64,000 bases of DNA from Ostrea edulis. Taxonomy: Eukaryota. Below the pieces are notes generated by a model. It worked only from the letters and a program-made list of their open reading frames with translations. It did no database searches and had not been told where the DNA came from. Where the stretch lies: assembly GCF_947568905.1 (NCBI RefSeq), contig NC_079165.1:104222001-104286000 (forward strand), in the 5' to 3' direction. This document shows positions 37,251 through 49,859 of this stretch, in pieces. Every line of letters starts with the position of its first letter. Within the stretch, counting starts at the first letter, position 1. Both the position numbers and the translations under genes were made by a program.

Positions 37251-39269
37251 GCTCAAATGGTTTCCACGTGCATCCTGTCAATGTATTAAAGAAATGAATC
37301 TAATATCTATAAACGTCAATCATGTTTCTCAGTGAATATTGGATTGCGACCAAGAGTTCGTGTTACCATTTTGTGTATCTTTTGAAGAATTTGTTTTAGA
37401 AGGATTTATCCCCAGCCATAAATCATTTGGCTACTGCGATAAAAAACTTCATATTCATAATTAACACGCGAGTGTCATTACATTGTCGACCGTGTGACGT
37501 TTATATTTCTGTAATATGATAATTCTGTAAGAATATCAATGATCATACTCACTTTGATTTCTATAACGTATCCGTTTATCCCCAGAACATCTGAAATCGT
37601 GATTCAGTCAAATTAGTTACATTCTTCCATCACCAGTGCATTGTGCAACAAATTTCATCCCCGAGTTTCTTATCAAAATAAATCCCTGCTAACCCGACAG
37701 AAGGTAATATAATTTGTTTATGCTAATAAGATTCCATTCAAAAAACAGGTTTGAAATCAGGTATATTCAGTGAAACATTTCCTACATGCTCGACTCCTTA
37801 CGGTGATAAGAAATGAAACAAGTCGGGTGAAGATTGAAAAACAAATTAGCAAAATCTTGTTTATGTTAAAAATAATCACAAGTCATACCTTTATAAATGC
37901 TATATCATTTGATCTTTACCGTCAGTAATCGGACAAATTCGAAGGTCAAATAAAATTTCACCTTTTCCCCGAGTCGCAGTTAAAATTGAGAAGTGTCTCT
38001 TACCCGATATTCAGTTTCGTGAATGTCCATCAAGTCAGCTGCTTATTTTGACACAAAAATGTCCTTGCCATCTAGGAAGATATGCAACCTTCATTAGCAT
38101 TAATTTACATATGTTTTATTTGGTTCATCTGGTAACGACACAGTTCATGCACCGATTGTCAAGAAAGTTTGTTATATAATAAATTTATCCTTGGTTAACT
38201 TGATGAATCAAACCATTGGTGGCGTATTCCTGTTAAAGGCTTTCCTATTGTTACAAATGCCCTCTCCCGTGTGGTCAGGGAACACTTCAAAATCTACCTG
38301 AAATGACGCGGGTATCCAATTATCGGGAGTGCAGAACTAAAGCAGGGCGACTCCCTTTAATGTTTTATATCTTGGTAATGACAGGTTTACTGTACCATTA
38401 ACCTTAATACAAGGGGCTGCGAACCCGTTAACGAATCTTAATAATAAACTTCTCAAAGTTGAAAACTTTTTCTAAAGCAGACAATTAACGAGTTTTTGCT
38501 CCATTGATTAAAGAGAATTTTATCAATGCTCTAGAACAAAAGTTAATTTTCCTACCTTAGCGAAAGATTCTTATCCATGTCAGGTCTCCTTTGGCCTGTA
38601 TACTTTCACCTGTGTCAAAATTAAGAGATTTTGGAGATAACGGATCATCGGATCCGCTGTTAATTCGCTTGAGCCGATTAGCTAACCTTTCCTACTATGA
38701 TCCTTTAATAGAGATTCGAGAATAAAGGAAAAGACAACAGTCTTTGAGGATATACTGACCACTGGTCCCTTTTAATGCCAGCAATGCACGTGTTAGTGGA
38801 ACGGACCTAACTAGTCTATTGATATTAGATCATTAAAGCCACTGGCCATTTTACTGAACACCTGCCCTCAATACGACAGTATATATCTACAATTAAAGAA
38901 TGTATATTTTCGGTTTTTAAGACATTCCTCCCATGCAGAGTAAATTCAAATTACAGGTAGGTTTTGTTTTAGAGCCGTATTAGAGCGTGTTGTAGTGAAT
39001 GTTTCTAAACAGATGAACCATCAGTCATTAATAAACGCGCCGCTTTTAGAATTTATTATAACATTAAGTTATATCAACGAGTGATACACATGTAACTCGC
39101 TCAGTATAAGTGATCGATAACGCAATTGAGTGATATCACTTTCACAACTGAATAAGCGATATCACATGAAGGATAGTGTGATATCTTGTATTGTGTCAGC
39201 GATATCACGTACTGGGTCAATCGAATAAGTGACATGGCAATACATGATCTTGCTCTACATGCACGATCT

Positions 39270-39895
39270 AGTGATATCGAGGTGACTACTTGTTAGTGAT
39301 ATCGAGGTGAATACTTGTTAGTGATATCGAGGTGAATACTTGTTAGTGATATCGAGGTGAATACTTGTAGTATGTCAGTATTTAATGATATCGAAGTGAA
39401 TACTTGTTAGTGATATCGAGGTGAATACTTGTTAGTGATATCGAGGTGAATACTTGTAGTATGTCAGTATTTAATGATATCGAAGTGAATACTTGTTAGT
39501 GATATCGAGGTGAATACTTGTAGTATGTCAGTATTTAATGATATCGAGGTGACTACTTGTTAGTGATATCGAGGTGATACTTGTAGTCTGTCAGTATTAG
39601 TGATATCGAGGTGAATATTTGTAGTATGTCAGTATTTAGTGATATCGAGGTGAATAATTGTGGCCTGTCAGTATTTAGTGATATTGAGGTGAATACTTGT
39701 AGTCTGTCAGTATTTAGTGATATCGAGGTGAATACTTGTAGTCTGTCAGTATTTAGTGGTATCGAGGTGAATATTTGTAGCCTATTAGTATTTAGTGATA
39801 TCGAGGTGAGTCAGTATTTAATGATATCGAGGTGAATACTTGTAATCTATCAGTATTTAGTGATATCGAAGTGAATACTTGTGGCCTGTCAGTAT
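39270..39895 (+). repeat. Compound minisatellite, 25- and 39-bp units
   Basis: gtgatatcgaggtgaatacttgt(ta | agtctgtcagtattta). Confidence 0.92.
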
Positions 39896-40185
39896 CATTT
39901 GTTATACGTGTGTGTTCGTCTTTCCTTCACGAACAGAAAAATATCTATCTGTTCCACTCTAGTGATGTAGAATTTAATTAAAGAAAAACAACTTACTCAA
40001 ATTTCCACTTTAATTCAAGTTCAATTTATTCTCATAGTGCTTACAACTACACAAGGAAGACAAACACCCAACGTAAACATGGACTACAATGCAAGGTGTA
40101 ATGGTACAACACGGAGGGATCACTCTTGTGAATTATATTAATAGATTTAAGTAAAATTACTGATAACAGAAATATAGTTTCAAAA

Positions 40186-40504
40186 TTTTAAGACATGTGA
40201 CTTAACTGTATATCTAGAAGGTAAATCTAATTTTAAGACATGTGACTAAACTGTATATCTAGAAGGTAAATCTAATTTTAAGACATGTGACTTAACTGTA
40301 TATTTAAAAGGTAAATCTAATTTTAAGACATGTGACTTAACTGTATATCTAGAAGGTAAATCTAATTTTAAGACATGTGACTTAACTGTATATCTAGAAG
40401 GTAAATCTAATTTTAAGACATGTGACTTAACTGTATATTTAAAAGGTAAATCTAATTTTAAGACATGTGACTTAACTGTATATTTAGAAGGTAAATCTAA
40501 TTTT
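40186..40504 (+). repeat. 45-bp minisatellite x7
   Basis: ttttaagacatgtgacttaactgtatatctagaaggtaaatctaa; explains spurious ORF 40246..40533. Confidence 0.95.
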
Positions 40505-40654
40505 CTACTTTCACTAAGAGCTAAACAAGTCATGATATAATGAAACTCGTTCTGAACATCATTTTCATATAGAGTACAAATTCTCTGCTTTCTGGGTGCA
40601 TTACTCCATCTTCCTGTCTCAGTAGGTAATTTGTGATTGTTCTAAATTTCGCTA

Positions 40655-40794
40655 ATGAAAGGCGAAGATAACGAACAGTGATCAATCTCATAACTCCTAC
40701 AAGCAATACAAAATATATAGTTGGGCAAACACGGACCCCTGGACACACCAGAGGCGGGATCAGGTGCCTAGGAGGAGTAAACATCCGCTGTCGA
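40655..40794 (-). mobile_element. 3'-terminal fragment of a Penelope-like element
   Basis: same sequence as the 3' ends at 51446-51720 and 56210-56349. Confidence 0.7.
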
Positions 40795-41439
40795 ATGTAA
40801 GAATACAATACTTTGGCTTCTAGATAATTTCCGGATGTAAAAATACCCTTTGTAAACTTATTTTTAAAAAACCACACATTTACTTGGCTAATTATAACCA
40901 GTGGTCCACTCCTGTTGAAATTGATCATTCAGAGTTTATTTAAAAACATAAATCAACAATTTTTCAGTTTCTACATTTTGTAATTTCCAGATACAGTTTA
41001 AATACCGTAACTTTGGGTTGTGACGTCACACGTCATTATGGCTAAATATAGTAAAACCGGAAGTTCAGCTGATTGGTTTCGGGCAGGTGCAAAAATAGCT
41101 AACTTTGACGGGGAATATCTCGGTATTGAATGCACGCACGGTCATAATTTTTTATTCTTATATTTTCAAATGTATTTCTGAACCAATTTACCATTTTTGC
41201 ACCCATGACTTCTGGGGCACTTTAACCATTTAACAATTCTATCCAGAATTTAACCATTCTCATTTTGACAGATATCTAGAAAGTTCACCATAAATCATAT
41301 AATTCGGGGAAGACGTCTTTGGATTTGATACAAGTTTACAAAACTTTAGATGCAATATCTCGGTGACGTCTAAATGTTCAAAACTATGGCGTACGGATAG
41401 GGCCATGTGCTAAAGCGTAATAGTGCGTTTCTTTTAGAA

Positions 41440-42002
41440 AACGCGCTATCAAGCTAACACACAACACGCTGTCACGCTAACACACAACACGCTGTCACGC
41501 TAACACACAACACGCTGTCACGCTAACACGACATTGCGCTATCACGCTAACACAAAACATGCCGTCGCACTATCACGCTAATACACAACACACCATCACG
41601 CTATCACACAACACGCCATTGCGCTATCACAAAACACGCCGTCGCGCTATCACGCTAATACACAACACGCCATCACGCAAATACGCCATCGCGCTATCAC
41701 ACAACACGCCGTCGCGCCAACACGCTGTCGCGCTATTACAAAATCGAGCTCGATTGACTGTACAAAAATCGCGACGGTGTGTTGTGTGTTAGCGTGACAG
41801 CGTGTTGTGTGTTTGCGTGACAGCGTGTTGTGTATTAGCGCAATAACGCGACAGTGTGTTAGCTTGACAGCGCAACTGCGTGTTGTGCATTAGTGCAACA
41901 GTGCGACGGCGTGTTAGCGTGACTGTGTGTTGTATTTTAGCGCAACAGCATGTTGTGTATTTGCGTGATATCGCGACGGCGTGTTGTGTGTTAGCGTGAT
42001 GC
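41440..42002. repeat. Foldback structure of two opposed 23-bp minisatellite arrays
   Basis: gctaacacacaacacgctgtcac units (41453-41748) face gtgttgtgtgttagcgtgacagc units (41777-42002). Confidence 0.85.
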
Positions 42003-43686
42003 TATTATCAATAGATAAATTCAATTTTCTCGGTTTTTTTTTTTTTAAAATTATGGTATACATAACACTGGTTGCTCTTTGCTGAACATATGTTCTGGTA
42101 TTCTTGACAAAGCGACAACTCCTAATTACTAGTATTTGAATTCTTTGACAATTCCAATATTATCATACAGAAATTATATATTTGATGACCTTTGCCCCCC
42201 CCCCCCCCAAATCTTATCCACATTCAGTTACTATATAGTTCAGTTGGCATTGGAGGTTATCTTTAGTTTCATACATCAGTATCATATGCATATAGAATTA
42301 TTTTAATTCTTAAACAATCCAATTTCTTTCTGTTTCATCTCAAAAAATTACTCAACCCACTCACGTTTTCATGAGTAAAAAATCTTCCAAATCACAGAGA
42401 TCTAGAAGACAAAGAGAAGGTGAGACATTCGCCCCGTCAAATAACGCCAAACGAGGAAAAATATTCAGAATAATTACCAATGTATAAAATTCTAGATCTA
42501 CAGTATATGTTAACAATGACATTAAGGTATTTTCCTGTTAAATGGTATTTTACAAGTTTTTATTCTTATTATACATTAACCTACACCCACACTTTAGCTT
42601 TGACAATTCAATCAAGGAATGCAGTATACATATGTTATATATACAGCAGAGCAGTGTTTACTGAAATCAGCCTGATTTTCCTTGATAAGATCAGCATACA
42701 CTGTCAATCTTCTACACAAAATATGTCAAATAAATTCCAAGACAAAATAATAGTGTTATGGGATGATAATTATGTTGATTAGTGGTTTTATATTCCCTAC
42801 TAACCATACTTCTGCATATGGTGCCAGTATCAAATACTAAACAATTTGACGTACCGGACCAGGCGATTTCTTAATTTTTATGATCTTTACAATATTTCAC
42901 AACTTTCATTCGGGGGTAATTGGATAATTGATAAAGGTGCAGTCTGCAAATGATTGGAGGGAACGTCTAACTCCTCATTAGAACAATATTAAAATACATC
43001 CACATTTCAGGAAATTGAAACAATTTTTAAAATACTTCAATACACAAAAATATCTCAGTTTTCAGTGCCTGTCAGACTCAATATTACCTTAATTGTTGCC
43101 TCATTATGAAATCATATCTGGAATGTCTTTTGTATTGTTCTATTTCCTGACAATTTGAACATTGTTTTTATAATTAATTTTCATGGATTAGAAGCTATAG
43201 CAGTGGGTCAAACCGACCGACAATGACGAACTTTTTCATGACGAGCACAGTGCTAATTATCCCCTCGCAACAAAGTTACGGAGGGATACAGTAATTTGCC
43301 CGTTCAACCTTGTCTTATACAAGATTCATTTCATCACATTTTTTTTTTATCAAACCTGCAGGAATGATACCCAGCATACCTTGTATTTAGACCCCCCAAA
43401 AATCGGATTTCAAGGTTATTGGTCAAGGAGGGAGAGAGAAATTCGGAGATATTCTTATCAGAATTCGGATATCTTATTGTGTACAATAATTAAGAGTTAC
43501 TGTTTCTTTCCAAATTTAATCAGGTTTGCAGGAATGGTAGTGTAGTTGTAAGGTCGTGCAAATATATAAAGATTTTGGTTTATGATTCTTGATTTTCCAA
43601 ATTTCTTGGTCAATGTTTATATCTTCTTACCCAAATTTTACCAGGCTTACAGGAATGTTATTTTCCAGACATATTTTAGTCCCCAT

Positions 43687-43836
43687 CAGTGGCGTAGCTT
43701 CCATTGAGGCAACCGAGGCAGCTGCCTCGGTAAAAAAAACAACACCTTTACGTTGTTAAAATGTCGATAGCTTCTGGGGGGCGCAGCCCCCCAGACTCCC
43801 TGCCTCGGTAATATTCGAACCCAAGCTACGCCTATG
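43687..43836. mobile_element. PIF/Harbinger-like MITE
   Basis: cagtggcgtagct ... agctacgcctatg. Confidence 0.6.
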
Positions 43837-44471
43837 CCCATCAGTCGTGAAGGTTATGTGTAAAATGTCAAAAGTCTGAAGACAAAATCATTTTTGTACA
43901 AAAGTATATCTTACAGATTTAATTAAACTTTATCAAACCTTCAGGAATGAAACAGGTCGGAGTACCTTTCATAGTAAAAAACAAACCAACGGAATGTACA
44001 AGGACATTTTCAAAATTCGAAGCCATATTACGAGGGGATGTCGTGCTTTGAAGAGCCCTTGCTTAGACAGTTGTAATTTTGTCAGTATTACCACTCACCA
44101 CAAGTGTGATTTACATTCGATGTGTGGGTGGGAAAGGTTTGTTTGTTGTAGGAGTTTAATACTAGGTGGATACTGGACTTTGGTTTTTTGAAGAAGAAAA
44201 AAAAATCTTTTCTTGGCTTCCCTGGTGTCTGATAATAATGATACACATACACAAAATATTCCAATAAATTTGAAAGCACGTCAATAACTTATTTTACCTC
44301 ACTGTGATAACGATAGACCCACCCGGTGAAGGTTTATTTAGGATCACGTGTTGTGTTTTATCAGAGTGTAATTTATCTATATCCAAATTGTTCTTCCTGA
44401 ATGCGGACTACGTGACACAACTGCCGTGTACCTACCCCCGCAATAAATAATTTAACCCGTAGTTAAAAACA

Positions 44472-44571
44472 ATGTGTGGTGAAATGTCATCTGAAGACTC
44501 GTATAAAAATTGGATGGGTGATTTACGACCAGAATTGACGCGCATACCACTTTGCTCTCTTGCAATACCAG
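44472..44571 (+). CDS. PLCXD: PI-PLC X domain-containing protein, exon 1
   Basis: MCGEMSSEDSYKNWMGDLRPELTRIPLCSLAIP G|gtaaga; NWM..L...PL..LAIPG is the PLCXD N-terminal signature. Confidence 0.9.
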
Positions 44572-44749
44572 GTAAGAACGAAGACGGCAAACATTACATG
44601 GGAGATAACTCGAGTTCAACCTTTAAAAACACTGGTGTGCAGTGTACACTAATTAAATAGTAAGCTAAAAGAATGCTAGGTGAAACCTATTGTTACCCGA
44701 TGGCTCGAACATTTTTAAAATCTGAGATGGGCTCGCTTCCTTATTTCAG

Positions 44750-45603
44750 GGTCCCACGACTCGGGTGCATACTGGTTAGACCGAGGTGGTGGAATTGCTG
44801 AGGACGAGCCCTCGGTGGTCCGGACTCTCGCCACCCGCTGTTGCTGTGGTATCTCCATTGTCTACCGGTGGTCTCTAACGCAACACCTATCGGTGAAAGG
44901 TCAACTGGAACACGGAGTTCGCTACCTGGATTTACGTTTGTGTGGACGCCCGGGAAGTCCTGATGTATACGTCACCCATGGCCTCTACGGTCACAGACTT
45001 AAAGACATTCTCGTGGAAGTCTCAGAATTTCTAGAAGAAAACCCGAAAGAGTTTCTTATTCTGGACTTTAATCATTTTTACAATATGACTTCCGTTGACC
45101 ATAGAGAGGTTTTGATCCTTATTATCTCAGCATTTCGCGAGAAGATTCTAGGTGGGGATTCTCCAAACTTAGCTGGGAAGATGACGTTGGAAGAAATCTG
45201 GAAAACTCCAGCGAGGATGATAGTGTTTTATGGTCATCCATCCAGGAATGAATTCTCTTTCTTTTGGTCTCGGGAATACATCCAGTCTCCATGGGCAAAT
45301 ACAGACAATTCGTCAGCTCTTGTGAATTTTCACGAACGTAATTACAACCAGAACGCACGGCGAGGAGCCGGCGAATTTTACGTGTGGCAGGGTGTGTTGA
45401 CGCCATCAGCTAAAACTATCATAACAAACATTTGCTCCTCCGTAGAAAGCAAACTTGTCCCTAGAGCAAACCCTGCGTTCTTGGGTTGGTTGAAAAACAA
45501 AGTTCCAAGTCATGTGGGCATTAATATTTGCTGTGTGGATTTCGTGGAAAAGTATAATTTTGTTCCCAATGTTCTTTCATTAAACAAGCACATACAAGTT
45601 TAA
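44750..45603 (+). CDS. PLCXD: PI-PLC X domain-containing protein (PLCXD2/3-like), exon 2
   Basis: tttcag|GG TCC CAC GAC; GSHDSG, QLEHGVRYLDLR, THGLYG, LILDFNHFY, INICCVDFV; both catalytic His motifs intact; CDS 954 nt. Confidence 0.93.
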
Positions 45604-46366
45604 AAATTCTCTGGTTGTCAAAGGAAATTGCTTTAAGATTCATTAATGGACTGTGTTGAGGTGGTTTACGTGCAATATTACCACAAAACACAGAAAAATG
45701 TTTTACCTTAGCACCGTTAGTATATGAACATTACGCAAAAATATTTTGCACTAATTTTAATAAAAGCCCACTATATAGGTCATTTGATAAGATTTTCTTG
45801 CATAGTCAGCTTTTCATCGTACACCACCCATCACAATGCAAATGAGAAAGGAAAGTTGGCATCTTGAACTTCCTCCTAGTCATAACCCTAAAACACCGAA
45901 AAGTAAATTAAAAACATGTGGCAGAAATGGGACTTGGTTACTGATTAATTTGGTGATGATCTCCCGTTCTGGCTGATCAATATTACCGGTACATTCATAC
46001 CACTTAATGATTTGATTATCCATTGCCAACATTCCAATCTTGCTCTCATTATTGTGTTTTTCTCTGAACTACCACGTGATGATTTTCTGAGATCCAGCAA
46101 ATTCTTTATGTTGTGATCCCAATTATTACTGATCTCAGCTTTGTGGTAAATCATTCAATTACTTAAGACTTTATATACCACTAACTTTTGGATTTTGCAA
46201 TCTACTCATCATTTTTCAATGAAAAGTACCAGTATGAAGTATCGAAAAATAAGATTTCATGTTCACAAACAAACTCGTGACGTTCAGTTTTATTGCGATT
46301 ATAAACAACACTGATGACCCCTTGTCATGGTCTACACAACCTGGTCTACAACATAGATACAGAAAG

Positions 46367-46484
46367 TCACTCATATATCCAGGGACCGGAACAGGCAGAG
46401 TAGTCCATAACCTCCTCAGGTTTAAACCACAGATCTATTTCCCGCTTGGCACTCTCCACAGAATCGCTGCCATGGCATATATTC
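46367..46484 (-). CDS. NME2: Nucleoside diphosphate kinase, exon 4
   Basis: ttgtag|G AAT ATA TGC CAT GGC AGC GAT; [24 protein letters not shown]; catalytic His present; AATAAA on - strand at ~46290. Confidence 0.95.
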
Positions 46485-47113
46485 CTACAATACATAAACA
46501 CAATAATAGAATCCAAATAAAAGAGCAAATTTAATATCTATTTGGCATATTCTAAACATTTTGATGACATAGTTTTAACTGTGTGATGTCACTGTCTTGC
46601 TTGTAAATTTTTCATTATTGGTTTATGTACTTCCGCAGCATTTGTTATGCTGATTAAAGTATATAATTCCATCGTTTTTATCTAAACCTTTAAAATACAT
46701 AATGTAATAGCTAACTTTTTCTATAAATGACCTTTACAGGAAATATTCATGATTTTAGCATCTTTATAAAATCTATTTTTAAAATAAAATGCCTAGTATT
46801 TCAAGACATTATCTCTCATCTGTTTGGGGAAATTGGTTCCTTATTTTTAGTATCTATGTTAATGAACCTTGCAACAACCAATTACTATAGGTTTAATTTA
46901 TGTAATTTCAGTACCCATGATTAATTCACATAAAGAAAGTCAGTGTTAGCAAGGGAGACTACTTTTACATCCACATTTTTTGGCGGTACACATGTGCATG
47001 TGAACAACAATGCTCACCTAGAAAACTTGGCACTGTTTGTGTGTTAATGTATTATATATTATAAACATTGGACCCCATCATCTCTGCAAGCCCTACTGCT
47101 TTTAAACATGATA

Positions 47114-47311
47114 TACTGTAAACCAACTACATGTATTACTCGTGTGCGAGAAAATTACGTGAGATTAGTGAGAACCTCATCGTCACGAATATTTCTTATC
47201 TCAAACCAGTCTTTGAATGAGACTCGATCGTGAAAATTACTCGCCGCAAATTAGTTTACCACATGTGAATCGCGAAATAAAGTAGGAACAAATAGAAGTT
47301 GGTTTACAGTA
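47114..47311. mobile_element. Tc1/mariner-type MITE in NDK intron 3
   Basis: TACTGTAAACCAACT ... AGTTGGTTTACAGTA. Confidence 0.8.
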
Positions 47312-47775
47312 TCTAATATGTGGCTAGCACATGCTGTATACTTTAACATGGTTTGGATAATTCATGTAGTTCAACACCGAGGGTGCAGAGAGTTCCAAGT
47401 CTTATGTTATTTATGGACAGGAAATAATAAATCAATGTATATTATCAAGAGCTCTAGTGTTCAAATAAAATGTACATTCTATATCATTTAAAATATTTTT
47501 GATCACATTGCATTTCAACACCTTTTGTCTTTAAACCTCAAGTAGCACATGGAATAACATCTCTGGAATTTTCGAAATTGGTTTTATACAAATGACATCA
47601 ATGTTTCTACATAAGCTAAAATATAATATTTCAATAGATGTTATTGTTGGACATATATTGAATATATACTCTTTTTCATAAACCAAAATAAACACTCTCA
47701 TGACTGATCATTCTTAACATCCTATTATTGCTATGTAGCTTCATCAAAGACACTGGTTTTTTCTAATCAACTGAC

Positions 47776-47888
47776 CTGCCAACATCAATACAGTAGTCTC
47801 CCCTGATGGTTCCTGGGTTGGAATCCAGAGGGTTTGTGGCTCCCAGCATTTTCCTGCCAGTCTTTACCACATCCTTTCCTTCCCAGAC
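47776..47888 (-). CDS. NME2: Nucleoside diphosphate kinase, exon 3
   Basis: ttccag|GTC TGG GAA..GGC AG|gtcagt; [38 protein letters not shown]. Confidence 0.96.
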
Positions 47889-47962
47889 CTGGAATTAATT
47901 TAAAAAGTTAGTCAACATTTTTTCTTCTTTTATCATTGCTTTATTCTACATAACTAAAACAT

Positions 47963-48210
47963 CCTGTGGGGATCCGGGTTAGAATAGGTCCTCAGTACCC
48001 CTTGCTTGTTGTAAAAGGCGACTAAATGGGGGGGTCCTTCGGATGAGATTGCAAAAACCGAGGTCTCGTGTCACAATAAAGATCCCTCCCTGCTCAAAGG
48101 CCATAAGCGCTGATCATAGGCCTAAATTTTGCAGCCCTTCACCGGCAGTGAAGTCTCCACACAAGTGAAATATTCTCGAGAGGGATGTTAAACAACATTC
48201 AATCAATATA
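47963..48210 (+). mobile_element. Bivalve SINE (Meta/Deu-domain-like), no tRNA head visible
   Basis: ctgtggggatccgggttagaataggtcctcagtaccccttgcttg..ttcggatgaga..aaaccgagg..aaagatccc..(tcaa)n tail; domain assignment from recall, not searched. Confidence 0.7.
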
Positions 48211-48331
48211 AGCAAATAATAATAAATTTTTATTAATAACAGATACTAAACCATGTCCTCTATCAAAATTAAAAATGCCACCATTTCTTCATATAATATG
48301 ACTTTTTTTATTTTAAGTAAATTGAACTTGC

Positions 48332-48433
48332 CATGGCAACAACAGGTCCACTGGCCATGTAGGTGACCAAACCAGCAAAGAATCCTTTGCTTGAAAGATC
48401 TGCGTAGTGCTTCTCTAAATGCTGCTTTGAAGC
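48332..48433 (-). CDS. NME2: Nucleoside diphosphate kinase, exon 2 (followed by a GC donor)
   Basis: tttcag|GCT TCA..GCC ATG|gcaagt; [34 protein letters not shown]. Confidence 0.95.
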
Positions 48434-48813
48434 CTGAAATTATTTATAATTTTATGTCGTAAATAAATAATAATAATAATAAAAAAAAACACCCAATAAC
48501 AATGATAATCAGGCACCCATGTCAATTCGCTTGTTTTTAATCAAGTATATCTATAACATGACTGATAAACTATGCCTGCACATCCCACATACATTAATTC
48601 ATTAAATGAATAAATGTGTTCAGTGCTCTAAATAATAAAATACAAACATATTCTAACTGAAAACATCATGTTGGCATTAAAATTATTCACCAGACTGTAA
48701 ATTGTACTATACCGAGTCTTAAAAATAAGGCTTGTGAATAATACGTGCCTTCATCAACGAATTGGCATTGATTAAATAATTTATTCGATACAAATCTGCT
48801 TTTAGTTAGTTAC

Positions 48814-48942
48814 CTGCATTTGTTTACAGGCAACGAGTTTATAGCCTCTTTGTTCAAACCTCTTCATGATTTCACCGACGAGTCCTCGTTGGACTCCGTC
48901 GGGCTTAACCATAATAAATGAACGTTCGTTGTTGGTAGCCAT
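48814..48942 (-). CDS. NME2: Group I nucleoside diphosphate kinase (co-ortholog of NME1/NME2), exon 1
   Basis: [43 protein letters not shown]|gtaact; total 153 aa. Confidence 0.95.
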
Positions 48943-48949
48943 CTCTGAT

Positions 48950-49040
48950 GAAAAGGAAGAGAAGATAGCAAGCAAGGTCGCGACCATGTGGTTCACTACG
49001 TAAAAGGAAGTTGGGAGACACCGGTGTATCACGTGGCCGA
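48950..49040 (-). promoter_or_regulatory. Putative NDK core promoter: pyrimidine TCT/TOP-like tracts and E-box
   Basis: minus strand: CACGTG at 49030-49035, cttccttttac at ~49000-49010, ctcttccttttc at ~48950-48962 (the latter could equally be a splice acceptor). Confidence 0.4.
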
Positions 49041-49859
49041 CTGTCAATGTGGAAAAAATAGTTCGTACTTAAACATATTCGTACACTTTTATTTTCAACA
49101 ACTTGTACTAGTGCATTGATTAACGACCATCGACTGATATGGGATTCCAAAGGATTATTGATAATGTGGTACGATATGGGAAACGCAGTTTTATTAAAAT
49201 CACAGTATCTTTTCTAATCTGTACGATAATCTTCACTTTGTCTCATCACAAGTGCTTGAGTCATGAAATATGAATACAGTGTATTATACACATATCTTGT
49301 TTAATTACATATACATTATAAGGTTAGATGTGTATTTATATGTTATCACCCAAGCACTTGTGGGTCTCATCACCCTATCCTGATCTGTTTGCACCGTTAT
49401 CGTTGAAACAGATTTTCTGTTGCGTGTTCACGTTGCACATGAAATGACATGACCGCTTTCACGTAGTGCAAAGCATTTGAAGATCTTTTAGCAAAGTAGA
49501 GTAGGGTATATTTGATGATATCCATATTCATTACATTCCTAGTAGATCTAATAATATACGATAAGAGGCCTGGAGTTGTTGTGAAAGTAAAATTCATTGC
49601 GATGATAAACTTTTCATATTATATAGGTTGTACAGAGGACAGTTTCCTCTCCACGACTCAGACTGCACGGCGTCATTAGAAGTGTATTATGACGCCATAA
49701 TACGTAGCTGCAACCATACATTCATGGACGAGGCCACTGGAATTACAGATCCATTAGAAAAGGACACGACCCCGTACTATGCCGCTCGAACTGCACAGAA
49801 AAAAGTAAAAATAATGTATAGAAATGTATAGAAAATGACTTTGCCATGATATACTTGAA

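Noticed and set aside
37345-38640. Upstream coding exons for the giant-exon gene (candidates ~37355-37435 and ~38555-38612)
   Set aside because: Plausible splice sites, but their phases lead to a stop when joined to the 37274 acceptor; at most 5'UTR exons
48327-48340. Near-perfect RFX X-box (CTTGCCATGGCAAC) overlapping the NDK GC donor
   Set aside because: Fully explained by conserved codons V-A-M plus the donor consensus; a GT donor would fit the X-box equally well
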